A DNA stretch of 61,757 bases, filler included. It is 7 parts of 7 records of this genome, joined end to end, with 100 filler letters (N's around TTAATTAATTAA, not from the genome) between each part and the next. Parts side by side here need not be neighbours in the genome. Positions count along the whole stretch, not along the records: positions 52,773 to 61,757 come from SRR31156797_4693; 6 more parts are not named here. One strand, 5' to 3'. Shown here piece after piece: positions 52,919 to 61,525 of this stretch; the first letter of the stretch is position 1; each line of letters opens with the position of its first letter. The notes under the pieces are model-generated. The model searched no databases and was not told the origin of the DNA. It saw only the letters and a program-made list of their open reading frames with translations. The translations under genes were made by a program, and so were the position numbers.

Positions 52919-53908
52919 ATGGCGAGCATCCGCAAGCGTGGCCCCTATCAATGGGAAGTCCGAGTCCGCAAAAAAGGCTACTCCACCCAATCAAAGACAT
53001 TCTCCAAGAAAGCTGACGCCGACGAGTGGGCGCGCGAGATCGAGTCTGAAATGACACGTAGCGTGTTCATATCCCGCAAAGAGGCTGAATCCACCACGCT
53101 CGACGACGCACTGGAACGCTTCAAAGAGGAGTTCCTCCCGAAGTATGCCCAACCAAAGCAGATGAAGAGTCGGATTAACGTTCTGCAAAAGCATGACATA
53201 TGTGAAATGACGCTAGCCGCAATACGGGGAAAGGATGTTGCCAGCTACATCAAAGACCGCGAAGACGAGGGACGCTCCTCGCAGACCATCCTGCACGAAG
53301 TCAACTTACTATCACGAATCTACGAGACCGCCCGAAAAGATTGGGGGATGGAATCTTTGAGAAATCCCACAAGGCGAGTCAACAAGCCCAAACAAAACAA
53401 AGGCCGAACTCGAAGGCTTGAAAAAGGTGAAGAGAAAAAGCTCCTCAAGAAAGCGCCAGAAGACCTGAAACCAATCATCCTCTTCGCCCTAGAGACGGCC
53501 ATGAGGCGTGGCGAGATAGCAATGATGCGCTGGGAGCATGTTGATCTGAAAAAACGCTACGTCCATCTACCCAAGACGAAAAACGGCGAAGCGCGGTCTG
53601 TTCCGCTCTCCCTTGCGGCCTTGAAAATACTCAAGGACTTGCCCCGGCAGATTAAGGGAGACGTTTTTCTTTTGATGGCCGACACCATCACCAAAAAGTT
53701 CACGACAGCCGTAAAAAACGCAGAGCTAAAAAACTTGCGCTTTCACGATCTGCGCCATGAGGCCACCAGCCGTTTGTTTGAGAACACGGACCTGGACTTT
53801 ATGGAAGTAAAAGCGATAACGGGGCATAAGAGTATGCAAATGCTGGCTAGGTATAGCCATTTGAGAGCGCATAAGTTGGCGGATAGATTAGATGGGGCAA
53901 AACGATAA
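52919..53908 (+). CDS. int: Tyrosine recombinase/integrase (Rci/HP1-like)
   Basis: MASIRKRG arm domain; TAMRRGE, TKNG, FHDLRHE, TGHKS..ML.RYSH; ATG after AAGGAG. Confidence 0.93.
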   Translation: MASIRKRGPYQWEVRVRKKGYSTQSKTFSKKADADEWAREIESEMTRSVFISRKEAESTTLDDALERFKEEFLPKYAQPKQMKSRINVLQKHDICEMTLAAIRGKDVASYIKDREDEGRSSQTILHEVNLLSRIYETARKDWGMESLRNPTRRVNKPKQNKGRTRRLEKGEEKKLLKKAPEDLKPIILFALETAMRRGEIAMMRWEHVDLKKRYVHLPKTKNGEARSVPLSLAALKILKDLPRQIKGDVFLLMADTITKKFTTAVKNAELKNLRFHDLRHEATSRLFENTDLDFMEVKAITGHKSMQMLARYSHLRAHKLADRLDGAKR

Positions 53909-54023
53909 ACCCAAGATAGACTTCTGAAAAACTCAGAGAACCAACAAAGAACACAAAAGGGCAAAACTCAAGCCTTGCCCTCAATGTAACCAGAACATTA
54001 AATCTCAGTTAACAAGAATAGCA

Positions 54024-55508
54024 TCAAAGCATTTCATCTACTATCCACTGTTTGGTGGTTTCATCGATATCAGAATATCCAAGCGCTTGGGCAAAATGTA
54101 AGTAAATAAAGATATCAAATAGACTTCTATCATTATTCTTAAAGTCGAAACCAGACAGCAAAGGCGAAAATAAATTGCTAGGGTTTTTTACAATCTCTTC
54201 AAAAGAAGATACAAATTGACGCATATCCGGAATTTTAACACTCGTATCAAAAATAAATTTTGCAAAATCAGCTACGAGAGGCCCATGTCCCGATCTAGCA
54301 AAATCAATAAATATATCTCTATCTCCCAGCAAAACATTGCCTAGGTGCAAGTCTCCATGAATAACTGTACTAGTGTATTTGATTATACTTTCTGTTGCGG
54401 GACTTTGCTCACGGTTCACTACTGATTTAACAAGATCTATCTTTTTCAAATTTTGTTTTAAGGAAACACGCAAAGAATCTGATGAAAACCAGTTGCTAAC
54501 GACATCAAATAGCAGATCCTCTTTTTGACAGAAGTTGTCAGAAACATAAAAATCGTGAAACAAATCTTGAAGCCTTGCCGATGAATCAGAAAAACTTTTT
54601 GAATTATCAATTGTTCGTGATGCGACGTCTGCACCTGAAGCAAATTGATATCCAATTGCAGCACATTCATTTACTTTGATCGCATGTGAATACATCAATG
54701 GTAAGGACCTGGCATATTCCAATCCACAACTATAAAACATATTTCTGTGCGCCTGGGATTCTTGATGCAACTTATATGGATTCGCAGACAACTTCACGAA
54801 CCAGCGATTATTAGTACTAATATCTTTATAGGTCGTTATAGCATTTACTTCCAGAGTAAACGCGCCTGAAAAACCTCCAGATATATTCTGAACACTAACA
54901 CGTTGCGCAAAATAGAATAGATAATTGAACAGGATACGCCAGGATGGAGTTTTATCGTCGAGTAAGTTTTCTAAACTCTTACAGACTACAAAATCCAACT
55001 TATGATCCTGCTTGAAGTGATAATGACCTATCGCACTTTCAAGACGTCGCAAGTGTGCTCGCTTACAAATCCCATTCCAATAATCTTGATTGAATGTGTT
55101 TGAACTAACGACATGTTTTTCCAAGTGACCATCAAACCCAAAGCCACCACCTATACCTACAAAATAGAGTTCTTCCTTATTAAAAAGTTGTGACACAGCA
55201 ACTACAGGCAACCATGGAGCTGCATCACGCAGATATGGAAGGACAGCACTACCTCCTAACAAATCATCAGCTAGATATCCGAATGCATTTTTAGGTGTGT
55301 TGGTAAGCTCAAGATCAATAAGCGCTAGGTCATAATCATTTAAATCATCCTTTTCGGGCAGGATGGACAACACGTAATCAAGATCATTGTCCTCTGGACA
55401 TATAAAATCAATTTGTGGTTTTAATCCAATAGTCTCAAGTTCACGCTTGATCATAGGCAGTACATTAGGCTGATCATCAATTAGAAGAATACGATTAGAA
55501 GATATCAT
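54024..55508 (-). CDS. Receiver domain fused to an APH/protein-kinase-like phosphotransferase
   Basis: REC: ILLIDD, ALIDL, VAVS, HLEK. Kinase: GGFSGA loop, WFVK, HGDLHLGN, IDFA. Confidence 0.75.
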   Translation of the reverse strand: MISSNRILLIDDQPNVLPMIKRELETIGLKPQIDFICPEDNDLDYVLSILPEKDDLNDYDLALIDLELTNTPKNAFGYLADDLLGGSAVLPYLRDAAPWLPVVAVSQLFNKEELYFVGIGGGFGFDGHLEKHVVSSNTFNQDYWNGICKRAHLRRLESAIGHYHFKQDHKLDFVVCKSLENLLDDKTPSWRILFNYLFYFAQRVSVQNISGGFSGAFTLEVNAITTYKDISTNNRWFVKLSANPYKLHQESQAHRNMFYSCGLEYARSLPLMYSHAIKVNECAAIGYQFASGADVASRTIDNSKSFSDSSARLQDLFHDFYVSDNFCQKEDLLFDVVSNWFSSDSLRVSLKQNLKKIDLVKSVVNREQSPATESIIKYTSTVIHGDLHLGNVLLGDRDIFIDFARSGHGPLVADFAKFIFDTSVKIPDMRQFVSSFEEIVKNPSNLFSPLLSGFDFKNNDRSLFDIFIYLHFAQALGYSDIDETTKQWIVDEML

Positions 55509-55510
55509 AA

Positions 55511-58500
55511 CTACCTCTCAGATGTGCTCTTTTGCAATTCCCCAACAATTGGGAAAGAAATCGACAATGATTTTGTGTCTGAATCAGAATCAAACCTAGT
55601 GACGCTTAAATCACACCCATACGCTGAACAAAATCTTCTTATTATCCTAAGTCCACCTTCGCTTTGTGTATCAATATCTGACTTAATATTGTCAACAACT
55701 TCGATAATTACATCAGAGGCTGTTCGTTTAAGAGTAAATGTTGCTTTGACATCATTTGTTTGAGATTCTCCGTGCCGTTGTAGGTTCGAGATAATCTCCT
55801 CACAAACATGATTAAGCTTATCAAAATCACAAATAACTAGGGGCACAGAAAAATCCCTAATCAATTCGATATTTATTGGTTTTTTATAAGAGTAGGATCT
55901 TAAATCGCTATAATCCTGACTAAAAAGAATTGACTTTGGCAAATAAACAATAAGATCTTTTAATAAATTTCTTAGAGAAGCAATTGATGTTTTAATTTTG
56001 TCTACTTGTTGCAGCAATTCTTCAACATTAACAGCGAGGCCTACGCTTATAAGCTCAGACAATGTCGCAACATGCTTCTCAAGCATGTCAACTTGCGTTT
56101 CAAATGATGGGTGGTGCTTAGAAAAAGAGCTATATAAATTGGAACCAATTATATTGTGCAAAAGCTCTGGGAAATCGTCTGCATACCAACCAGAATAAAC
56201 ATCATTAGCTTTTTTCAACAAACCATCAATATCTGAATCGTCCCTATTATAAGCATCAAAGAATTCTTGAACTGAAAATGTAAGAATACCACTCCTGACA
56301 AACCTAATATACAAATGAGCCAACGAAGTTATTGCAGCATCACTCACACTGTTACGAGTTTTACTGCTATCTGACAGTATATCATAAGTTGACTTCAATG
56401 TTTCATACGATGAGTCGCTGGCAGAATCTTTCCACTTAGTGAGACTTTCAACAAATGAAGGAGGTAGCAAATTAAGTTTTAAAAGTCCCAAACATGTTTC
56501 TTGAACATCTCTATCTGAACCAATATTTTTTGATATCAAAGATACGGCGGAATGAAAAAATTGCCGAGGATTTATTGCTATAAATGCATTTATGTATTTT
56601 CCAACAGGACAACTTTTGGAACTACGTGTCATCAACTCCAGAACACGCTCCTGCAATCTAGGATAAGCCTTATAAAGTCTTTTTTGAATATTTTTAGTGG
56701 AAAAAATAGAATTATAATATTCAAAAGAATACAACTCAAGAAATCGGTCTATCAAATTAACATCATTCAAAAGAGCTTTATTTAGAGCATTTCTATTAAC
56801 TAAAACAATATCTGATGACTCATAAAGACAGTGTAAGTATGCTCTGTCGAGGCTGTTCGCAGTCAGTTGTGGTGCATTACCAAACTTCAAAAGACTATAA
56901 TCAATGACTTCGACATTTAAAGATTTAATCTTGTTATTAAGAAACTTAACAAGACAATTATCACTAACTGAATTTTTTCGAACAAGATTTAAAATTTGTT
57001 CAAGACATTGCACTTCGGTACACAAAGGGCACCTTGAACTCTCGTAATACGACATCACTGGGAAGTCTATAAAGTATGAAGGGTGAAAATTTGCTCCTTT
57101 GTATCGGTCGATATTACTAAAAAAATTTACATGATCGTGTTCCATTCGCGAAACCAAACACAAAACAGATAAGTCCTCAGGAGCATACCTGGACACATAC
57201 TCAATTGCTCGTCTAACATAATGTCCGCTCGAAATTGCAGGTAAAACAAGGATACACCTGCTGAAAGACTGTTTCGGCGGGGGAGGTGCATTTAAATCTT
57301 TGTCACTAATTTCTTGAATACTTTTCTGTAGATCAAATTTTGCAACGCTAGACCGTATAAAATTCAGGCTCTTATCAGGGTTATAAACAAAAAATCCCCA
57401 AACATCTTCCTTGTTTGTATGAGGCTTTTTCAGCCTCAGAAATTCAATTTGCTTCTTTACCCACTGTTCAATTTCATTTTTCATCCCATAAAAGAGCTTC
57501 GGAAAATCCAAGAACATCGTGTAATGTTTGGAATTATATTCCAAATGACCATGAAGTAATGAGCCAGACTGTTTCACATACGTATATATTAACTTCTTAA
57601 TATCAACTTTTGGTTTGATCTCTCGCTTGTGAAGCGTTGGCAAATTAGTCTTAGCATCTATAAGCTTCACGGATTCATATGTTTTCTTAGTCGATTTCAA
57701 GTCGCACGGCAAATCACGTTGGGGATTAATTTGATCCTTTACCACTGAAGATAATTTTACAAACTCATTCTTTCCTTCTACACCTGTATTAAATTTCCCA
57801 GGTATATACTCGGCACGTGAATCGACAACAGCAATAATTCGGTCAATATTTGTATTAACGATGCTTTTAAGTAGTTTTTTTAACTGATCACCTCGGCATA
57901 TAACGTCTGTTATAACGACATTCTTCTTTCCAGCGTATTTGACAAGCTCAGGTATTACTTTGTGAACACTATAAGGGTACTTAAATTCACAATAACCTAC
58001 ATCTTTCCCACGATTTTTGAACTCACCGAGTACTTTAGTACAAAGAGGTTCAAGTGCTGAAGACGCTGATATTAACAACTCGATGTCTTCAGGCAGTTGT
58101 AGGTATATCCATTCAGACAATCTCTGAATGAGCATATGGCACTTCATGGCAGACGTGATTTTGTAAAATTTTTCAGTGTAATACAAGCCTTCGATCAAAA
58201 AGGGGCCATCAGTATCAAGTATCAAGTCAGATGTTATACCATCTCTAATCTGCCCCTGAGTGCCATTTAGATACTCCTCAAGCAGGCTGTTATAATAACT
58301 ATCTTTTATGCTCAGTAATCCATTATCGTTGACATCAAAATATGTATATACAGATTCAACATGTGCGCCTATTGCTACAAAATCATTATCTATAACATCA
58401 CCGACAACGACAGCCATCCCAATACTACGTAAAGACTCTCTTAAATCCGGATCTTCATATAGCGACAGAGCCCGTCTGTTTGCCCAAACAATTACCCTTT

Positions 58501-59788
58501 TCCCTTTATGCAACAGCTGCAAACCAGCTAAGCAAACAGCAAAAGCTCTAGCCGTTAAAGGACTTTTGGGTTGTAATAGCAAATCAACGCCCTCAATATC
58601 TTTTACGCTATTATAGGCGAGTTGAACTCTTCTGAGAGCGTTATCAACATCATCAACATAATCATCGCCAAAAAAAAGATACTTAAACGGGTCATATGCG
58701 CGTATATCAATATTTTTACTCACAGTAGTTGCTGGTGGTATATATTTATTCTGTGCAACCAAATTTAAGGGCAATCTAAGAATAAAATGCGTACCAGGCA
58801 ACTTCGCCAACTTTGATTTTATTAAATCTTTTTTATTAGTTGCATACATTTGCCCTTTATATCTATAGTAATCGATTCCCAAAATTGCTTCTGGTGTTCT
58901 AACAATAACTTGACCACACGCCTTTCGTGCAACTTGAAGTGAAAAATACAATCCTGAAGCAACTTGATCTAAGCTAATCTGATCTCCTTTTAACAAGGCA
59001 TTAATACGTTCTTTTCTTGCGACTTCATCGCTAGTACTAAAGGCTTCAAATGCGTAAGATAGAATCCTTTCTTCTTTTAAAAGTCCGTTTTTGGTCACCA
59101 AAAAAGACTCATAATCATCAGGGACAAACGATCTTATCTTTTCGTTAATACCAGGACCATTATCCCCAATAACAATTTCAATATATTCTGTTCCAGCTTC
59201 AAATACGGTAGTAAAGCCCTTTCTATTTGATGACTTACTAGATGAAATTGCATATGACGCAGCATAATATGGAATATTACCCTGACCGTGAATGAAAGCA
59301 TTTTCAGAAATTTCCTGAAATGCAACTCCAAAAAAATCTTTAATCTTTTCCTTATAAACACCACCGATTTCCGGAATGTTATTGAAATTCGCTAACAGGT
59401 CGGCCGAATGCGATTTTATTTCCCTTTTGGAATTAATGATTGTGATCGGGACGCCTTTTTCCGGAGCGCCTCCTAGCCTGAAATCCGACTTCACCCCTAG
59501 CGAGACCAGCTTTTCCTGAAAACCATATTTTATCCACACCTTATGGAACTGTGAAGCCATCTTTTGAATCGGAGGCATCTCAAAACGGACTCTCACATCG
59601 CGTTTCAACATACTAGCCACCCAAGAAAACAAAAGCGATGCAGGGTGAAAACCAATCCATTCAACATACTTAAAGTCTAAAACAACCGAAGCACTACCCT
59701 GACTGACTGAATAATACCTAGAGAGAATCTCCTCTACGGCACCAACTGTTAATACACTAGGAAGATTAATTTTTTTTGATTTACGCAT
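55511..59788 (-). CDS. 1425-aa multidomain protein: STAS-like / HATPase / PRTase-like x2 / helical / degenerate HATPase
   Basis: VVLDFKYVEWI; EISENAFIHG, IGDNGPGI, SGL, PGT; VVITDVICRG..IAVVDSR; LVLPAISSG..LCLVSR; CPLC; EEIISNLQRHG..VVDN..GGLRII. Confidence 0.7.
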   Translation of the reverse strand: MRKSKKINLPSVLTVGAVEEILSRYYSVSQGSASVVLDFKYVEWIGFHPASLLFSWVASMLKRDVRVRFEMPPIQKMASQFHKVWIKYGFQEKLVSLGVKSDFRLGGAPEKGVPITIINSKREIKSHSADLLANFNNIPEIGGVYKEKIKDFFGVAFQEISENAFIHGQGNIPYYAASYAISSSKSSNRKGFTTVFEAGTEYIEIVIGDNGPGINEKIRSFVPDDYESFLVTKNGLLKEERILSYAFEAFSTSDEVARKERINALLKGDQISLDQVASGLYFSLQVARKACGQVIVRTPEAILGIDYYRYKGQMYATNKKDLIKSKLAKLPGTHFILRLPLNLVAQNKYIPPATTVSKNIDIRAYDPFKYLFFGDDYVDDVDNALRRVQLAYNSVKDIEGVDLLLQPKSPLTARAFAVCLAGLQLLHKGKRVIVWANRRALSLYEDPDLRESLRSIGMAVVVGDVIDNDFVAIGAHVESVYTYFDVNDNGLLSIKDSYYNSLLEEYLNGTQGQIRDGITSDLILDTDGPFLIEGLYYTEKFYKITSAMKCHMLIQRLSEWIYLQLPEDIELLISASSALEPLCTKVLGEFKNRGKDVGYCEFKYPYSVHKVIPELVKYAGKKNVVITDVICRGDQLKKLLKSIVNTNIDRIIAVVDSRAEYIPGKFNTGVEGKNEFVKLSSVVKDQINPQRDLPCDLKSTKKTYESVKLIDAKTNLPTLHKREIKPKVDIKKLIYTYVKQSGSLLHGHLEYNSKHYTMFLDFPKLFYGMKNEIEQWVKKQIEFLRLKKPHTNKEDVWGFFVYNPDKSLNFIRSSVAKFDLQKSIQEISDKDLNAPPPPKQSFSRCILVLPAISSGHYVRRAIEYVSRYAPEDLSVLCLVSRMEHDHVNFFSNIDRYKGANFHPSYFIDFPVMSYYESSRCPLCTEVQCLEQILNLVRKNSVSDNCLVKFLNNKIKSLNVEVIDYSLLKFGNAPQLTANSLDRAYLHCLYESSDIVLVNRNALNKALLNDVNLIDRFLELYSFEYYNSIFSTKNIQKRLYKAYPRLQERVLELMTRSSKSCPVGKYINAFIAINPRQFFHSAVSLISKNIGSDRDVQETCLGLLKLNLLPPSFVESLTKWKDSASDSSYETLKSTYDILSDSSKTRNSVSDAAITSLAHLYIRFVRSGILTFSVQEFFDAYNRDDSDIDGLLKKANDVYSGWYADDFPELLHNIIGSNLYSSFSKHHPSFETQVDMLEKHVATLSELISVGLAVNVEELLQQVDKIKTSIASLRNLLKDLIVYLPKSILFSQDYSDLRSYSYKKPINIELIRDFSVPLVICDFDKLNHVCEEIISNLQRHGESQTNDVKATFTLKRTASDVIIEVVDNIKSDIDTQSEGGLRIIRRFCSAYGCDLSVTRFDSDSDTKSLSISFPIVGELQKSTSER

Positions 59789-60060
59789 ACAATCCCTAAC
59801 GCTTTAAGATTATATATTTCGTGAGGCCTACTCACTACTTTGCGGTAACTTTTAACACTCCACGCAATACGACAATCACATACTTCTTATGCGTATAATT
59901 CAACACGCAGTACATCTCTAAAATATATTTGTCAAAAAATTCGATATTTTCTATAATACTATTCTGACATATCCAAACTTAATCCAAACTTTACCTCTAC
60001 ATAGTCAAACCCTACTCATCCATTCTCTAACTTAAAGTTCTAATTTTGCACCGATATCTG

Positions 60061-60090
60061 TTGACCTTACAACTGTAGATGGTTTAAATT
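60061..60090 (+). promoter_or_regulatory. Candidate sigma70 promoter for the structured RNA/recombinase unit
   Basis: TTGACC (60061-60066), 18 nt, TAAATT (60085-60090), just before the hairpin-rich region begins. Confidence 0.4.
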
Positions 60091-60099
60091 TAGACAAAT

Positions 60100-60700
60100 T
60101 ACTCGATTCATTGAATCGTTTAAGACGACGGATGCGCTAAAGCTGACATTTTGGTCGATCAGCAACGCCGGGAGATCTCCCAGAAGCATCAGATACCCGC
60201 GATTTATCGCCGGCTCTTGGTCACTTAGCTGTCAAACCCTGTGGCCAGTCCTCTGAACGGCAAAGTCTAGCCGCGACGGGGCGGGGCTAATATTAGCCCG
60301 CCGGAGATTGACCACCTCTTTTGGACCGATGTTCCTTTTAGCGCCCCCTAGGTGTAGTGCGTCTAAAAGCCAGAACCAGCGTCCGCCAGCTTCCAATCAC
60401 ATATTACTAGATTGCAGCACACACTTTCTTTTGAGGTGTGCGTCTGTCTCTTTATCCTATGGAGAAAGAGACGGACGGCGGATCGCGTTACTACCGTTAC
60501 TCTTCCATGACGATGAGAAAACTACGGCCGAACTACGGCGGCCAAACACCTCCTCCTGGGTACGCCCAGGTTGCACGACCACCCCTAGCTCTCTGCTCGG
60601 AGACCAGTCTTACGAGGCTGGCTAGATGCTAGGGGGAGCATCCACAGATGCCGGTTACGACCCGCAAAACTGAGATGCAATGGTCATTTTCACTTAACGA
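60100..60700 (+). ncRNA. Putative large structured non-coding RNA / 5' leader of the recombinase
   Basis: More than a dozen hairpins and nested helices, three TACG-capped stems, G-T pairs on the + strand; no credible ORF. Boundaries approximate. Confidence 0.6.
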
Positions 60701-60715
60701 CCCCGGAGGTAGAAA

Positions 60716-61519
60716 ATGGATTTGCGATACCAAGCGGCAAAACTGTTGGGGAAAAACAGACGGGCTGGGGTGTTAACTCAGCAAAAAAATGCCGGGCAGG
60801 TGCGGAGACTCTGCGATATCATTCAGGACAAATACGCCCTTCAGAACATCCGCCACCTTAAGACGAAGCACATTCTGGGGGCTATTGAAGACTTGAAGTC
60901 TCAAGGCCTCGGCTCCTCAACTCTGGCTTCATACGCCACAGCTGCGCGTCGCATCGCCGAGGCTATCGATAAGCAAAATATTGTTCCCCGAACCAATAAG
61001 GAGATGGGGATAAGTCGTGCTGGCGACAGGTTGAAGCCAGTTACTGCCAACATGAACAAAATTCATGATGTGACAGCCCTGCTTTATGAAAAAGAAAAAT
61101 GGTTGGGATTAGCGGCTGAGATGCGTGAGCAATTTGGCCTTAGGGCAAAAGAATCGCTACTTTCGCATGAAGAGAAAAACGGCACATTGATTGTTAAAGG
61201 TAGCAAAGGAGGACGCCCCCGACAGGTTCCAATACGCAATGAGTCTCAACAAGAACTTGTTGAGCGAGTAAACGCCTATATTCATCGCAACGAACGAACC
61301 TCGTTAATCCCTACAAACCTGTCATTAAAACAGGCTTTAAAAAAGCAAGCGAACACGCTGCAGAGACTAGGTGCGACCAAAGATAATAAAGCTCACGCCC
61401 ATGCCGCGCGGCACGAGTATGCTCAACGTTTAGCTAGCTCTGGGAAAAGTCGGTCAGACATCTCCGAGGAATTAGGACACGGCAGGAGAGAGGTGGTTTC
61501 ACATTACGTTGCAAGCTAA
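60716..61519 (+). CDS. Compact tyrosine recombinase (SAM-like N-domain plus catalytic domain)
   Basis: FGLRAKES (R), GSKGGRPR (K), HAARHEYAQ (HxxR), ELGHGR..VVSHY (H, Y); GGAGGT RBS. Confidence 0.88.
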   Translation: MDLRYQAAKLLGKNRRAGVLTQQKNAGQVRRLCDIIQDKYALQNIRHLKTKHILGAIEDLKSQGLGSSTLASYATAARRIAEAIDKQNIVPRTNKEMGISRAGDRLKPVTANMNKIHDVTALLYEKEKWLGLAAEMREQFGLRAKESLLSHEEKNGTLIVKGSKGGRPRQVPIRNESQQELVERVNAYIHRNERTSLIPTNLSLKQALKKQANTLQRLGATKDNKAHAHAARHEYAQRLASSGKSRSDISEELGHGRREVVSHYVAS

Positions 61520-61525
61520 ACTTGA

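Noticed and set aside
54024-55508. Aminoglycoside resistance gene call
   Set aside because: The APH-like fold is fused to a receiver and coupled to a signalling protein; the HGD motif alone does not imply antibiotic modification.
60308-60632. 105-aa and 64-aa ORFs upstream of the recombinase
   Set aside because: No RBS or protein-like motifs, they overlap each other, and they coincide with the dense hairpin region; non-coding structure explains the sequence better, though a small peptide is not excluded.
60100-60700. Possible CRISPR array or integron attC array
   Set aside because: The hairpins differ in sequence, with no repeated unit or regular spacing; the recombinase lacks a recognisable IntI-specific insertion.
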